Shown one piece after another: positions 38,477-46,645 of a stretch of 64,000 bases of DNA (position 1 is its first letter; the number at the start of each line of letters is the position of its first letter). The position numbers were made by a program, and so were the translations under genes. A model generated the notes under the pieces. That model ran no database searches. It was not told where the DNA came from and worked only from the letters and a program-made list of their open reading frames with translations. This DNA comes from Dehalococcoidia bacterium (GTDB lineage Bacteria; Chloroflexota; Dehalococcoidia; Bin125), in NCBI GenBank assembly GCA_965220315.1, contig CBDCPP010000002.1, positions 690,146 through 754,145 on the forward strand, in the 5' to 3' direction.

Positions 38477-39475
38477 TCACGTTCCGAGAGCGGGAATGAG
38501 TTCTTCGCCGAGCCGTCGTAAGCGCTCCATGCGCCCGCCCGAGAGTAGCGTGAAGGTGATCCGGTCGATCTTCAAGTCGCGCAGTGCCGTGATCTTCTTC
38601 ACGCAAACGTCCACCGGCCCGGTCACTGCGAGCAGGTCGATGAGCTGCTCACTCACGCCTTGGGCGTGCTCGGCGTGCCGCGAGAGGTGATGGTAGAAAT
38701 CATATGAACGATAGGCGCGCTCGAACTCGTCCGAAAAGGGTTGCAGCGACGTGGGCAGCGTCTTCCATTTGGCGAAGAAGCGCGCCTGGCTTGTGACCCA
38801 AGCGCTCACGTCTTTACGCGCTTGCGCGCGATCTTCGTCAACCGCGATTGCGAACCACAAGTCGATGAAGACATCGTCCAAGCTGCGGCCGGCTTCCCTT
38901 GCTCCGGCCTGGATGTGATCCAGCTGCCATTGCGTCACTCCGGGTTCCGCGCCCCCCATCAGCACTACTCCGTCGGCCTTTGCGCCGGCGAGTCGCAGCA
39001 TCCGCGGCTGACTTGCGGATACGAAGATCGGGAGCGGGCCGTTCGCCGTTAGGAGTTGGACTCCGTGCCCGTCCAGATCGATCTTTTCCCCATTCAGCAA
39101 GGCGCGGATCCGATCGATGCAAGTTGCGAGTTCGGCCACGGTCGCCGGCTTGACGCCGATCGTCCGGACGGCGCTGTCGCCTGTGCCGATGCCCAAAACG
39201 CTCCGCCCCGCGCTAACTTCGTGCAGCGCCGCCATGGTGTTCGCCAGCACCGTAGAGTGTCGCGTCACCGGGTTGGCGACTCCCGGCCCGAGTTGGATCC
39301 GGTTCGTCTCACGTGCCGCCAGCGCCAGCGCGACGTACGCGTCTTTGGCGATGAGCTGCGATTCGCCCAGCCAGACGGTGCTGAACCCTAGCTCTTCGGC
39401 GCGTTTGGCGATCGTCGGAAAGCGAGCGATCGGTTCCCGCGGGCTCAGCACCATCATTAAGCCGTACTGCATCAC
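38477..39475 (-). CDS. LLM-class F420-dependent oxidoreductase
   Basis: 332 aa. The N-terminal pattern FPTIAKRAEELGFSTVWLGESQL is typical of the family. Confidence 0.8.
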   Translation of the reverse strand: MMQYGLMMVLSPREPIARFPTIAKRAEELGFSTVWLGESQLIAKDAYVALALAARETNRIQLGPGVANPVTRHSTVLANTMAALHEVSAGRSVLGIGTGDSAVRTIGVKPATVAELATCIDRIRALLNGEKIDLDGHGVQLLTANGPLPIFVSASQPRMLRLAGAKADGVVLMGGAEPGVTQWQLDHIQAGAREAGRSLDDVFIDLWFAIAVDEDRAQARKDVSAWVTSQARFFAKWKTLPTSLQPFSDEFERAYRSYDFYHHLSRHAEHAQGVSEQLIDLLAVTGPVDVCVKKITALRDLKIDRITFTLLSGGRMERLRRLGEELIPALGT

Positions 39476-39585
39476 ACATTCCCAGGTGTCGGAGGTATCT
39501 CGCGTGTTCGCAACGAGTCGCCCGCGTTTGCATACCCTCTGTCGGAAGCCAGGTCAAACACGGCCGAGCGGTGGAGCCGGGCTGG

Positions 39586-40713
39586 CTACTTCTTGAACGC
39601 GTGCATGTTGACGCCGCCAACACCGGAATTGTGGCAAACACCGACCTTCGGCTCGCCCGGGACTTGACGTGCTCCCGCCTCGCCTCGGAGCTGACGCAGG
39701 ATCTCAATGATCTGCGCAGCCCCCGTCGCTCCCATGGGATGCCCGCGACTGATCAAGCCGCCGTCCGTGTTGACTGGGACTGGTCCGTCGATGTCGGCGC
39801 CGCCTTCCGCTACGAAGTGGGCTCCCTCCCCTTCAGGAACGAGCCCCATGGCTTCCATGCGCAGCACCTCGCCAGGCGTGAAGGCGTCGTGCACCTGGAC
39901 TACATCAATGTCGGCCGGTGCGATCCCGGCTCGTTCATAAAGTTCTGCGCTTAGTCTGGTGACCGTTGGTTCGAGATCGCCCTCCTCGCCCGGATCCTCT
40001 TCGTGCGCTTCCGTCCCTGAGGCCCAGCCGGCGATCGTCATCCAGCGGTCCGGCGACGAATAACTGCGCGCCCGCTCCATACTCGCCAGCACCAGAGCAG
40101 AAGCGCCATCGGAGGTGGGAGAGCACTGCAGAAGAGTGATCGGCGACGCGATCATTCGCGAGGCCAGCACCTCTTCGAGGGTCACCGGTTTCTGATACTG
40201 CGCGTTTTGATTGAGTGAGCCGTTCTTGTGGGACTTCACGGAGATCTGCGCGAACATCTCCGGCGTGGCGCCGTGGCGGTGCATATATTTCTGTGCCTTG
40301 CGTGCGTAGCCGGCGGGCGCCACGCTCTGCCCCATCTGCACGTCGTATGAGTCTTGTGCGGCCATCTTGATCATGCCGCGCTCCATCTTCTCAAAGCCCA
40401 CAACCAGTGCGATGTCGTACAACCCCTGCCCGATCGCCCAATAAGCCTGCCGGAAGGCGGTCGAGCTGCTCGAGCAGGCCTGTTCGACATTGACGATAGG
40501 GATGCCGGTCAGCCCGAACTCATTGACTACGGCCAGGCCCGTTCCCATCGGCGCATTGACGCGACCGCAGTAGGCGATCTGCACATCTTGGAAGGAAACA
40601 CCGGCATCATCGAGCGCTTCGTGAATCGCCGGCCTCGTCAGGTCGACGAACGACTTTTCCGGGAACCGGCCAAACGGGTGGAGTCCTCCGCCGAGCACGA
40701 CAACCTCACGCAT
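39586..40713 (-). CDS. Thiolase-like (SCP-x type) protein
   Basis: Trimmed to ATG 40713 (MREVVVLGGGLHPFGRF). The active-site region reads EQACSSSSTAF. Confidence 0.85.
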   Translation of the reverse strand: MREVVVLGGGLHPFGRFPEKSFVDLTRPAIHEALDDAGVSFQDVQIAYCGRVNAPMGTGLAVVNEFGLTGIPIVNVEQACSSSSTAFRQAYWAIGQGLYDIALVVGFEKMERGMIKMAAQDSYDVQMGQSVAPAGYARKAQKYMHRHGATPEMFAQISVKSHKNGSLNQNAQYQKPVTLEEVLASRMIASPITLLQCSPTSDGASALVLASMERARSYSSPDRWMTIAGWASGTEAHEEDPGEEGDLEPTVTRLSAELYERAGIAPADIDVVQVHDAFTPGEVLRMEAMGLVPEGEGAHFVAEGGADIDGPVPVNTDGGLISRGHPMGATGAAQIIEILRQLRGEAGARQVPGEPKVGVCHNSGVGGVNMHAFKK

Positions 40714-41116
40714 TCGCTTCTCCTTCCGCTGCCAAATCGAACACAAGGCCCGCTCGCGGGCCCGAGTCGGTGTCGAACGCCGCGACGCGCAGCCGCACCG
40801 ACGCACCGATCGTCATCCCATCGGTCTCTAGGCTCACGCAAGAGAACCGCTCGCCGCTGCGCAGCTGGATATCGGCCAGCGTATAGGGCGGCTCCATCAA
40901 CGATCCGGGTGGACGCTGGTGCACGATCGTGAATGTCTCGATCTTGCCAACGGGATCGGCGACTTGGGCGCGCATCTCCTGGCTCGCGCACCGCGCGCAG
41001 TATCGTCGGGGAGGATGGAAGCGCGCCCCGCACGCGGCACACTCGGTGGCCTTGATGCGCAGGTCGTTCGCCTCGAATGTGAAGACCTTCGCATCAATGG
41101 GCTCTGCGGTGGACAA
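40706..41116 (-). CDS. Zn-ribbon OB-fold (DUF35) protein, thiolase partner
   Basis: CAACGARFHPPRRYCARC zinc ribbon. The start is tentatively TTG 41116, after GGGAG. It overlaps the thiolase start by 8 nt. Confidence 0.7.
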   Translation of the reverse strand: MSTAEPIDAKVFTFEANDLRIKATECAACGARFHPPRRYCARCASQEMRAQVADPVGKIETFTIVHQRPPGSLMEPPYTLADIQLRSGERFSCVSLETDGMTIGASVRLRVAAFDTDSGPRAGLVFDLAAEGEANA

Positions 41117-41228
41117 GATCCAGCATCTCCCGAGTACACGACCACTCGTAGTAGCGAGAGTGTAGCAACTGGACCGTTCGCTGCTGCTAGGCTCGACCGA
41201 TTGGAACAACGCACCGGGGATCGGCAGG

Positions 41229-42692
41229 ATGACGAACGCGTGGGTGAACGGTGCCAGGCTTTTTGCCGCGTTCGGCCTGCTCTCGCTCGTTGCACTCAGC
41301 GCCGCCTGTGGTGACGATGCGGAGTCTGCCCGCCCCAGTTTGGCGCTGGAGTGGGTGGCCACTGGAGAGCTCCGGATATTCTCCTCGCCCCGCGCCGCCG
41401 ATCTCAACGGCGATGGCGTCCTCGATATCGTGCTCGGCCATGGCCAAGAGACGCTCCCCCAAGCTGGATATGTCACGGCCCGTGACGGGCGTACTGGGAC
41501 CGAGCTCTGGCGCGTCGAAACGCGCGACGAGATCTTCGGATCGCCCGGCCTCGCCGATCTCACCGGTGACGGCACGCCGGACGTTGTGATCGGCGGGCGC
41601 AATGCAGAGCTCTACGCGATCGATGGACGAAGCGGGGAAGTCTTGTGGCTCTTCTACCCGCGTGGACATGCCGACTTAGACGGCTGGTACAACTTCTACA
41701 CGCCGCAGTTTCTCGACGATCTCGATGGAGATGCCGTGCCGGAAGTCCTCGTCGCGAACGGGGGCGACCCGGGACTGCCGCCGTTCTACCCTCGCCCCCC
41801 GGGCCATCTCATGGTGTTGAGTGGCCGCTCGGGCGAGATCGTTGCGGCCGGGGAGACGCCGGATGCAGGTGAGACCTACATGTCGGCGCTCGTCTACCGC
41901 CGCGCATCCGATGGGACGGAGTTCGTCGTCTTCGGGACTGGGGGCGAAACGCTGGCCGGCTCGCTCTGGGTCGTGCCGCTGGCCGACGTGATCACGGGAG
42001 ACCTCTCGCGATCACAAGAGGTGATCGCTCCCGCCAATCGCCGCGGGCTCGTGGCGCCGCCGGCCCTGGTCGATCTGACGTACGACGGTACCCCGGATAT
42101 CGTTGCCGCGACTTTCGATGGGCGCCTCGTTGCTCTCGATGGGGAATCTCTCCAGCTGATTTGGTCGCATCAATTCCTCGACAGTGAGACGTGGGCAACC
42201 CCGGCCGTCGGGTTCCTGGACGGCGACGCGGTCCCCGATGTGTTCGCTGCCTTCAGCGTTGGCATGCTGCCTGCCTACACCGCCTCGATCCTCGTTGCGG
42301 TATCGGGCGCCACGGGCGAGCTGCTGTGGCAGGAGCGGTTCGATCTCCCGCTGATCTCCTCGCCTCTCGCCGTGGACCTCTCGGGCGATGGCCGGGACGA
42401 AGTGCTCATTACGCTCAGTCCTGTGAAGGAAGCGGTGAGCCAGCGGCTCCTGCTCGTCGATGCAGACGGCTGGCGGGTGATGGAGCTGCTCGCCACGCCC
42501 GGCACCAGTTTCGGGACGGGCATCGTCACCGATCTCGACGGCGACGGCGTCCTCGAACTCGTGCACAGCCGTTTTGATGATGAAGAGTGGACGCTGGAGC
42601 GCCGGACTCTGGGACCCCTCGCTTCGGACGGAGTGAGCTGGGGCGCCTATCTTGGCACCTTCTACGACGGCAGCTTTCGAGCTAAGAACTGA
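41229..42692 (+). CDS. FG-GAP repeat lipoprotein (beta-propeller)
   Basis: Lipobox LVALSAACGDD. Calcium-type repeats recur: DLNGDGVLDIV, DLTGDGTPDVV, DLDGDAVPEV, DLSGDGRDEV, DLDGDGVLELV. Confidence 0.75.
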   Translation: MTNAWVNGARLFAAFGLLSLVALSAACGDDAESARPSLALEWVATGELRIFSSPRAADLNGDGVLDIVLGHGQETLPQAGYVTARDGRTGTELWRVETRDEIFGSPGLADLTGDGTPDVVIGGRNAELYAIDGRSGEVLWLFYPRGHADLDGWYNFYTPQFLDDLDGDAVPEVLVANGGDPGLPPFYPRPPGHLMVLSGRSGEIVAAGETPDAGETYMSALVYRRASDGTEFVVFGTGGETLAGSLWVVPLADVITGDLSRSQEVIAPANRRGLVAPPALVDLTYDGTPDIVAATFDGRLVALDGESLQLIWSHQFLDSETWATPAVGFLDGDAVPDVFAAFSVGMLPAYTASILVAVSGATGELLWQERFDLPLISSPLAVDLSGDGRDEVLITLSPVKEAVSQRLLLVDADGWRVMELLATPGTSFGTGIVTDLDGDGVLELVHSRFDDEEWTLERRTLGPLASDGVSWGAYLGTFYDGSFRAKN

Positions 42693-43492
42693 GTAGCTGT
42701 CAGCGGATTCTGCTCACACCTGTGCGGCACCTCAACGAAGTGTTTCTCGAACTTGAACTCGTCGGGAAGGCGCGCGCGCAGTGCATCGGCGTCCATCCCC
42801 CGAACATCGTACGTAAGTGCGAACTGTTGAAAAATATCCGACAGCCGTCGGATTGAGCCACGCCCTTTGCGGTCACCGGTTCCCGCTCGCGCGTCCCACT
42901 GCGTATGATTTTCGTTAAAGTAGATTTCGTAAAAGAGGCGCAAGAATCCTTCATCCGTCCAGAGCGCGTTGCGACTGGCGACCTGTTCGTAGTGGTCGTG
43001 ATAGTCGGCAGCGGTGCCGGCCAGTAGCCCGGCACTCAGATCAGGCCCGTGCCGCTGGAAGATGCGATACGGACCGACCAGTAGGTGTCGGTAGGCACGA
43101 TTCGCTCGGAACGGAGCATAGTCGGCCACATAGCGATAGTGTGACGCGGCGCGAACATTGCGCTGTCCACTTGCGTTCGGGGGACAGAGGGAGTCGAAGA
43201 AATACAGTGAGAGCCAGCTCCACAATCCCTCATTGTCTGAGCGCGCTGGGTCGAACCGCTGCTGTATATCCGGTCCGGAGTGCTCAAGGAGATCGGCCAG
43301 CACCTCTGCCGCGTTAAGTTTGCTCGTAAGGCGGGTGACTTTGAGCGCAGCACCTCCCTCAACTGCCTCCGAGTAGGCGGGGTTGGTCAAGAGATCGACC
43401 GGTGGTGTCATCGTTTGCTTGTTGCGAGCATCCGTGATGAAGGCCTCGAATTGGTCCACTCCGTCCTTATTCAGTCGTCGCAGTTCGGTCAC
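42662..43492 (-). CDS. Hypothetical protein (island gene 4, 276 aa)
   Basis: The GTG start shares one base with the stop of the upstream gene (TAGTG). No domain recognised. Lower GC than the flanks. Confidence 0.55.
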   Translation of the reverse strand: MTELRRLNKDGVDQFEAFITDARNKQTMTPPVDLLTNPAYSEAVEGGAALKVTRLTSKLNAAEVLADLLEHSGPDIQQRFDPARSDNEGLWSWLSLYFFDSLCPPNASGQRNVRAASHYRYVADYAPFRANRAYRHLLVGPYRIFQRHGPDLSAGLLAGTAADYHDHYEQVASRNALWTDEGFLRLFYEIYFNENHTQWDARAGTGDRKGRGSIRRLSDIFQQFALTYDVRGMDADALRARLPDEFKFEKHFVEVPHRCEQNPLTATQFLARKLPS

Positions 43493-44265
43493 TAGCCTCC
43501 TCCCCCTCGCTCCTTCTGGTATCGCTCAAGCAACCGGTTCTTGGAATTGTCGGCGAAGGCTCTAACCGCACCGTCAATCCACTCATGTACTTCCTCCTCC
43601 TCTACTCCGAGCCAGGATTCGCGATCCTCACCATCGGGCTTGGGTGGCTTGTCGCCCGTAAACTTTGTCGCGAAGCCGATCCAGTCACGCTGCCACGATT
43701 CAGCACCTTCGTCGTCTTCGTCGTAGTGCGGGTCGAGGAGAATGCGCTGCAGTATGGAACGAAAGACTTCAGGCAAGACGAACGCGTGGAAGGTTGCGGT
43801 CGTCTCGAGGCCCGGAAACCGGTCTGTGATTTCGAGAACTGGACCGGATTGCTCAAAGGGCTTACGCAATCGCCATAGCGTCTGTCCCAGGTCTGTTGTG
43901 AAAACCGACAGGAGTTCACGGCGCTTCTTGGTCTTCAGAGACGGGCGAAGGTTACGACGCGCTGCCAGAACCCGGTGGTCTGCTGGATCTACGACGGTGA
44001 TGTCGACCGCTGGTGTGTCGATCGGGAATTCGCTGATGCGACGGTCGTGAGGCAACTGCACCTTTCCCGCCTCGCCGTACCTAAAGCGCTTATGCAGTCC
44101 CCGATAGTGTGCTTCGATTAGCACGTGGGCGTTCACGGGAACATCGACCTTTTGTAAGTCGAGCATCACCTTGAGTTCGCGTTGGTCGGTCCCAGAGTGT
44201 TCCACCAGGACATCGACGACATCGCGCGGGATGTCGATACGTTTGGTGAAGTTCAGGATTGACAT
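43492..44265 (-). CDS. Hypothetical protein (island gene 3, 257 aa, acidic C-terminal half)
   Basis: ATG 44265 lies 2 nt after the stop of the GHKL ATPase gene. No domain recognised. Confidence 0.55.
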   Translation of the reverse strand: MSILNFTKRIDIPRDVVDVLVEHSGTDQRELKVMLDLQKVDVPVNAHVLIEAHYRGLHKRFRYGEAGKVQLPHDRRISEFPIDTPAVDITVVDPADHRVLAARRNLRPSLKTKKRRELLSVFTTDLGQTLWRLRKPFEQSGPVLEITDRFPGLETTATFHAFVLPEVFRSILQRILLDPHYDEDDEGAESWQRDWIGFATKFTGDKPPKPDGEDRESWLGVEEEEVHEWIDGAVRAFADNSKNRLLERYQKERGGGG

Positions 44266-44267
44266 AT

Positions 44268-46172
44268 CTAGAGTGCTCGTGCTTGCACGACGAGATCTCG
44301 GTGGACATCGAATCCGGTAAGCCGCACATCGAATTCTCTGTGGTCTGGCTCGATCAAAAGTTCGTTCGTTCCTGTGATCTTGTAACTTGCTCCCACTGGC
44401 GTGATCTCGATATCGGTGGTGTCGATATCGAAGTCGAGTGGCGAGTACTTCTTCAAAGCGTTGCCATCCACGCGGTCGTACGCGAAACGGAAGCGGATCG
44501 GTCGAAGTTCAGCCGTGGCCTCAGGGCTTCCATAGACGCGCAGGCCTCCGCTCGGGAGTGCGGCATACGCGTAGCAGGAGTCTGGTCGCGGATCCCCCAC
44601 CTTTCTTTTTCTCTTCTGCCGTTTCTTGGTAGTCCGTCGTTGTTCTGGCTTTTCTTGGGAGAAGAAGTTGATCAGGGCATCGGGTAGCTTTTGGTTCGAT
44701 TCGCCGAACATGACCCGCAGAAGATCGTTAACTGAATTGTTTACCCGCCTAACGATGTGGCTACCGTTCGACCACGATCGGAGACGGCCACGGTTCGAAG
44801 ATTGCCAGGCCGAGTGCGACGGGTTTTCGCTAGATCGGAGTAGCTCTGCAAGAGCGCCTTGCTCGACGACGACCAGCGCCGAAGTCGGACGTGACGAAAA
44901 CGGACCGTTCTTCGATAACGAAAGCTGATCACGTACGTAATAGGGCCGGCGATTATGCTCGCCCAGGTCGTTTTTCAGGACGATGTCGAAGCCGTCGGTC
45001 TCGGGCTCCTTCTCACGCTTCTTGACCACCTGGGGAACATGGACACGCAGCAGGAGGTTGCTATCGAACCGCTCTCGCATCTTCGCGATTGTGTCGGGAG
45101 GAATCTTCGCCGCCGAGATCTCGGGATCGGAAAGGTAGATCGTTTCCTTGGGTGGAGAGGTTTCGAGGTCCTCCGCCGTCTCAAAGAGTTGGTGCAGTTC
45201 CTCGGGGCGATACGTAGTATCGCCTAAGTCGATCTCGTCGACGGCATCGTGCAAGTCGTCGGCGCTAGCGAGTCGACGTTCATTCCCATTGTCGTCGATG
45301 ACTATGACCAAACGCTGAGTCACGATCGGACGGAAATACGACACCAGGACACCGCGGATCAGCGCTTTTCTGGTTACCGATTCGTGCGGGAAGGGAATAA
45401 CGATTGAGAGACCGGGATCACCATCGCGTGTCAGGTCGAAGTCCGAGACAAAGTTGTCGATCAAGCCAGGATCATCCACGGGCATGTACGGTTTCCCCGG
45501 CTCCCGCGCTCCGGTCCAGTATCCGTAGGCGGCGTAGCGTTGAGGTGGATTGCCCTTTGGTTTCTGGTGAGTCTTTAGAAGAGTTTGTCCCATCAGCAAG
45601 CGCCTAGTGTCGTCGTACCGGATGGTCAGCGCGAAATTCGCGTTAACTTGGGAAAGCTCTTGGAATACGGTCTTGCCGACGCCCCAGCTACCTGCATCTT
45701 CCGCGAGTTTGCCGGAACGACCCGAGTTCCGAAAGAACCAGTAAAAGTTGTTGCGATCGCTGCCGTCCACTGGGACATCGGTGATCTGCGTGATGTCTCC
45801 ACAGAGGCCCCGCGTGTTGAAGTCCTCGATTAAGAGGTAGGGCATGGGCACCTTGCCGGCGGCCATGTCCAGCTGCTTTGACTCGATCTCATCCGGATAC
45901 ATCTTGCTACACAAGGCAAGGTGACTGTCGAGACCTTCCAAATACGCGGCGGCGCGGTCGGAGGGCAACGCCCGATCGTTCGAACGAATGGTGAAGCGCA
46001 CCTCCACCGCTTCATTGCTACCGGGACACCGTTCGTCGAGCGCGTTTTGGAGAGCCTCCCGAACAAGGTTGTGCCCGACGAGTGTGTCGGTGAAGAACTC
46101 GGCCTGCACCGGGTCCTGATTGAGTTGACTGGGATCGAGAGTGGGGCATTCCCACCGAGCTGCTACGACCAT
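44268..46172 (-). CDS. GHKL/Bergerat-fold (HSP90/MORC/sacsin-like) ATPase domain protein, 634 aa
   Basis: N-box E39-x3-N43-x2-D46 (REALQNALDE), G1-like LLIEDFNTRGL, G2 box GSWGVGKTVF. GAGG lies 8 nt upstream of ATG 46172. The C-terminal ~400 aa are unassigned. Confidence 0.6.
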   Translation of the reverse strand: MVVAARWECPTLDPSQLNQDPVQAEFFTDTLVGHNLVREALQNALDERCPGSNEAVEVRFTIRSNDRALPSDRAAAYLEGLDSHLALCSKMYPDEIESKQLDMAAGKVPMPYLLIEDFNTRGLCGDITQITDVPVDGSDRNNFYWFFRNSGRSGKLAEDAGSWGVGKTVFQELSQVNANFALTIRYDDTRRLLMGQTLLKTHQKPKGNPPQRYAAYGYWTGAREPGKPYMPVDDPGLIDNFVSDFDLTRDGDPGLSIVIPFPHESVTRKALIRGVLVSYFRPIVTQRLVIVIDDNGNERRLASADDLHDAVDEIDLGDTTYRPEELHQLFETAEDLETSPPKETIYLSDPEISAAKIPPDTIAKMRERFDSNLLLRVHVPQVVKKREKEPETDGFDIVLKNDLGEHNRRPYYVRDQLSLSKNGPFSSRPTSALVVVEQGALAELLRSSENPSHSAWQSSNRGRLRSWSNGSHIVRRVNNSVNDLLRVMFGESNQKLPDALINFFSQEKPEQRRTTKKRQKRKRKVGDPRPDSCYAYAALPSGGLRVYGSPEATAELRPIRFRFAYDRVDGNALKKYSPLDFDIDTTDIEITPVGASYKITGTNELLIEPDHREFDVRLTGFDVHRDLVVQARAL

Positions 46173-46203
46173 TGCGCCGACCTCACTCTTTTACTACATG
46201 CGG

Positions 46204-46440
46204 CTAGCGGCGTTTCAACGTGAACCGACGCTCCTCGGGGCGCTTGAAGGCGGTTTCAACTGCGGCAACTTCCGTCTTGAGCGCGCCGATAATCTCGCGC
46301 ACCTCACCGGTGGAGTATTCATAGCGGGTGGGATTCGCGAGGTTACCAATCTTACGAATCTCTTTCAGGGAGCGTTCGGTGCGTGTCTCGGCGAGACGTT
46401 GAAATCGTTCGTGCTTTGTTTCAGAATCACTGCCCTTCAT
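46204..46440 (-). CDS. Small hypothetical protein (78 aa), first gene of the island operon
   Basis: ATG 46440 is preferred over GTG 46446 because GGAG lies 7 nt upstream. It reads MKGSDSETKHERFQRLAETRTERSLKEIRK. Function unknown. Confidence 0.5.
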   Translation of the reverse strand: MKGSDSETKHERFQRLAETRTERSLKEIRKIGNLANPTRYEYSTGEVREIIGALKTEVAAVETAFKRPEERRFTLKRR

Positions 46441-46462
46441 AAACACACTCCATTCAAAACTA

Positions 46463-46492
46463 TTTGTACAAAAAAATTTATCTATGTGTCAA
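46463..46492 (-). promoter_or_regulatory. Sigma70-like promoter for the minus-strand island operon
   Basis: On the minus strand, TTGACA (46492-46487), an 18-nt spacer and TACAAA (46468-46463). This is ~20 nt upstream of the GGAG RBS, within a 23%-GC stretch. Confidence 0.45.
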
Positions 46493-46645
46493 TTATGATT
46501 GATACATTACCAAATCGCACAGAAATGAGCAGCCTGTTCGCTTTGGGATCAACGCTCTCGGGAGCGCAGGGACTTACAAGACTTGGGCACTGGGACTTCA
46601 GAAATGCTTGTCTGCATAAGCGAGTTTACAGTAAGGTCACCATTG

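Noticed and set aside
46499-46527. Plus-strand promoter for the methyltransferase: TTGATA, then 16-17 nt, then AGAAAT/GAAATG.
   Set aside because: The -10 candidate matches TATAAT at only about 3 of 6 positions and lies ~120 nt from the start codon. It is mentioned as part of the palindrome but not supportable as a feature.
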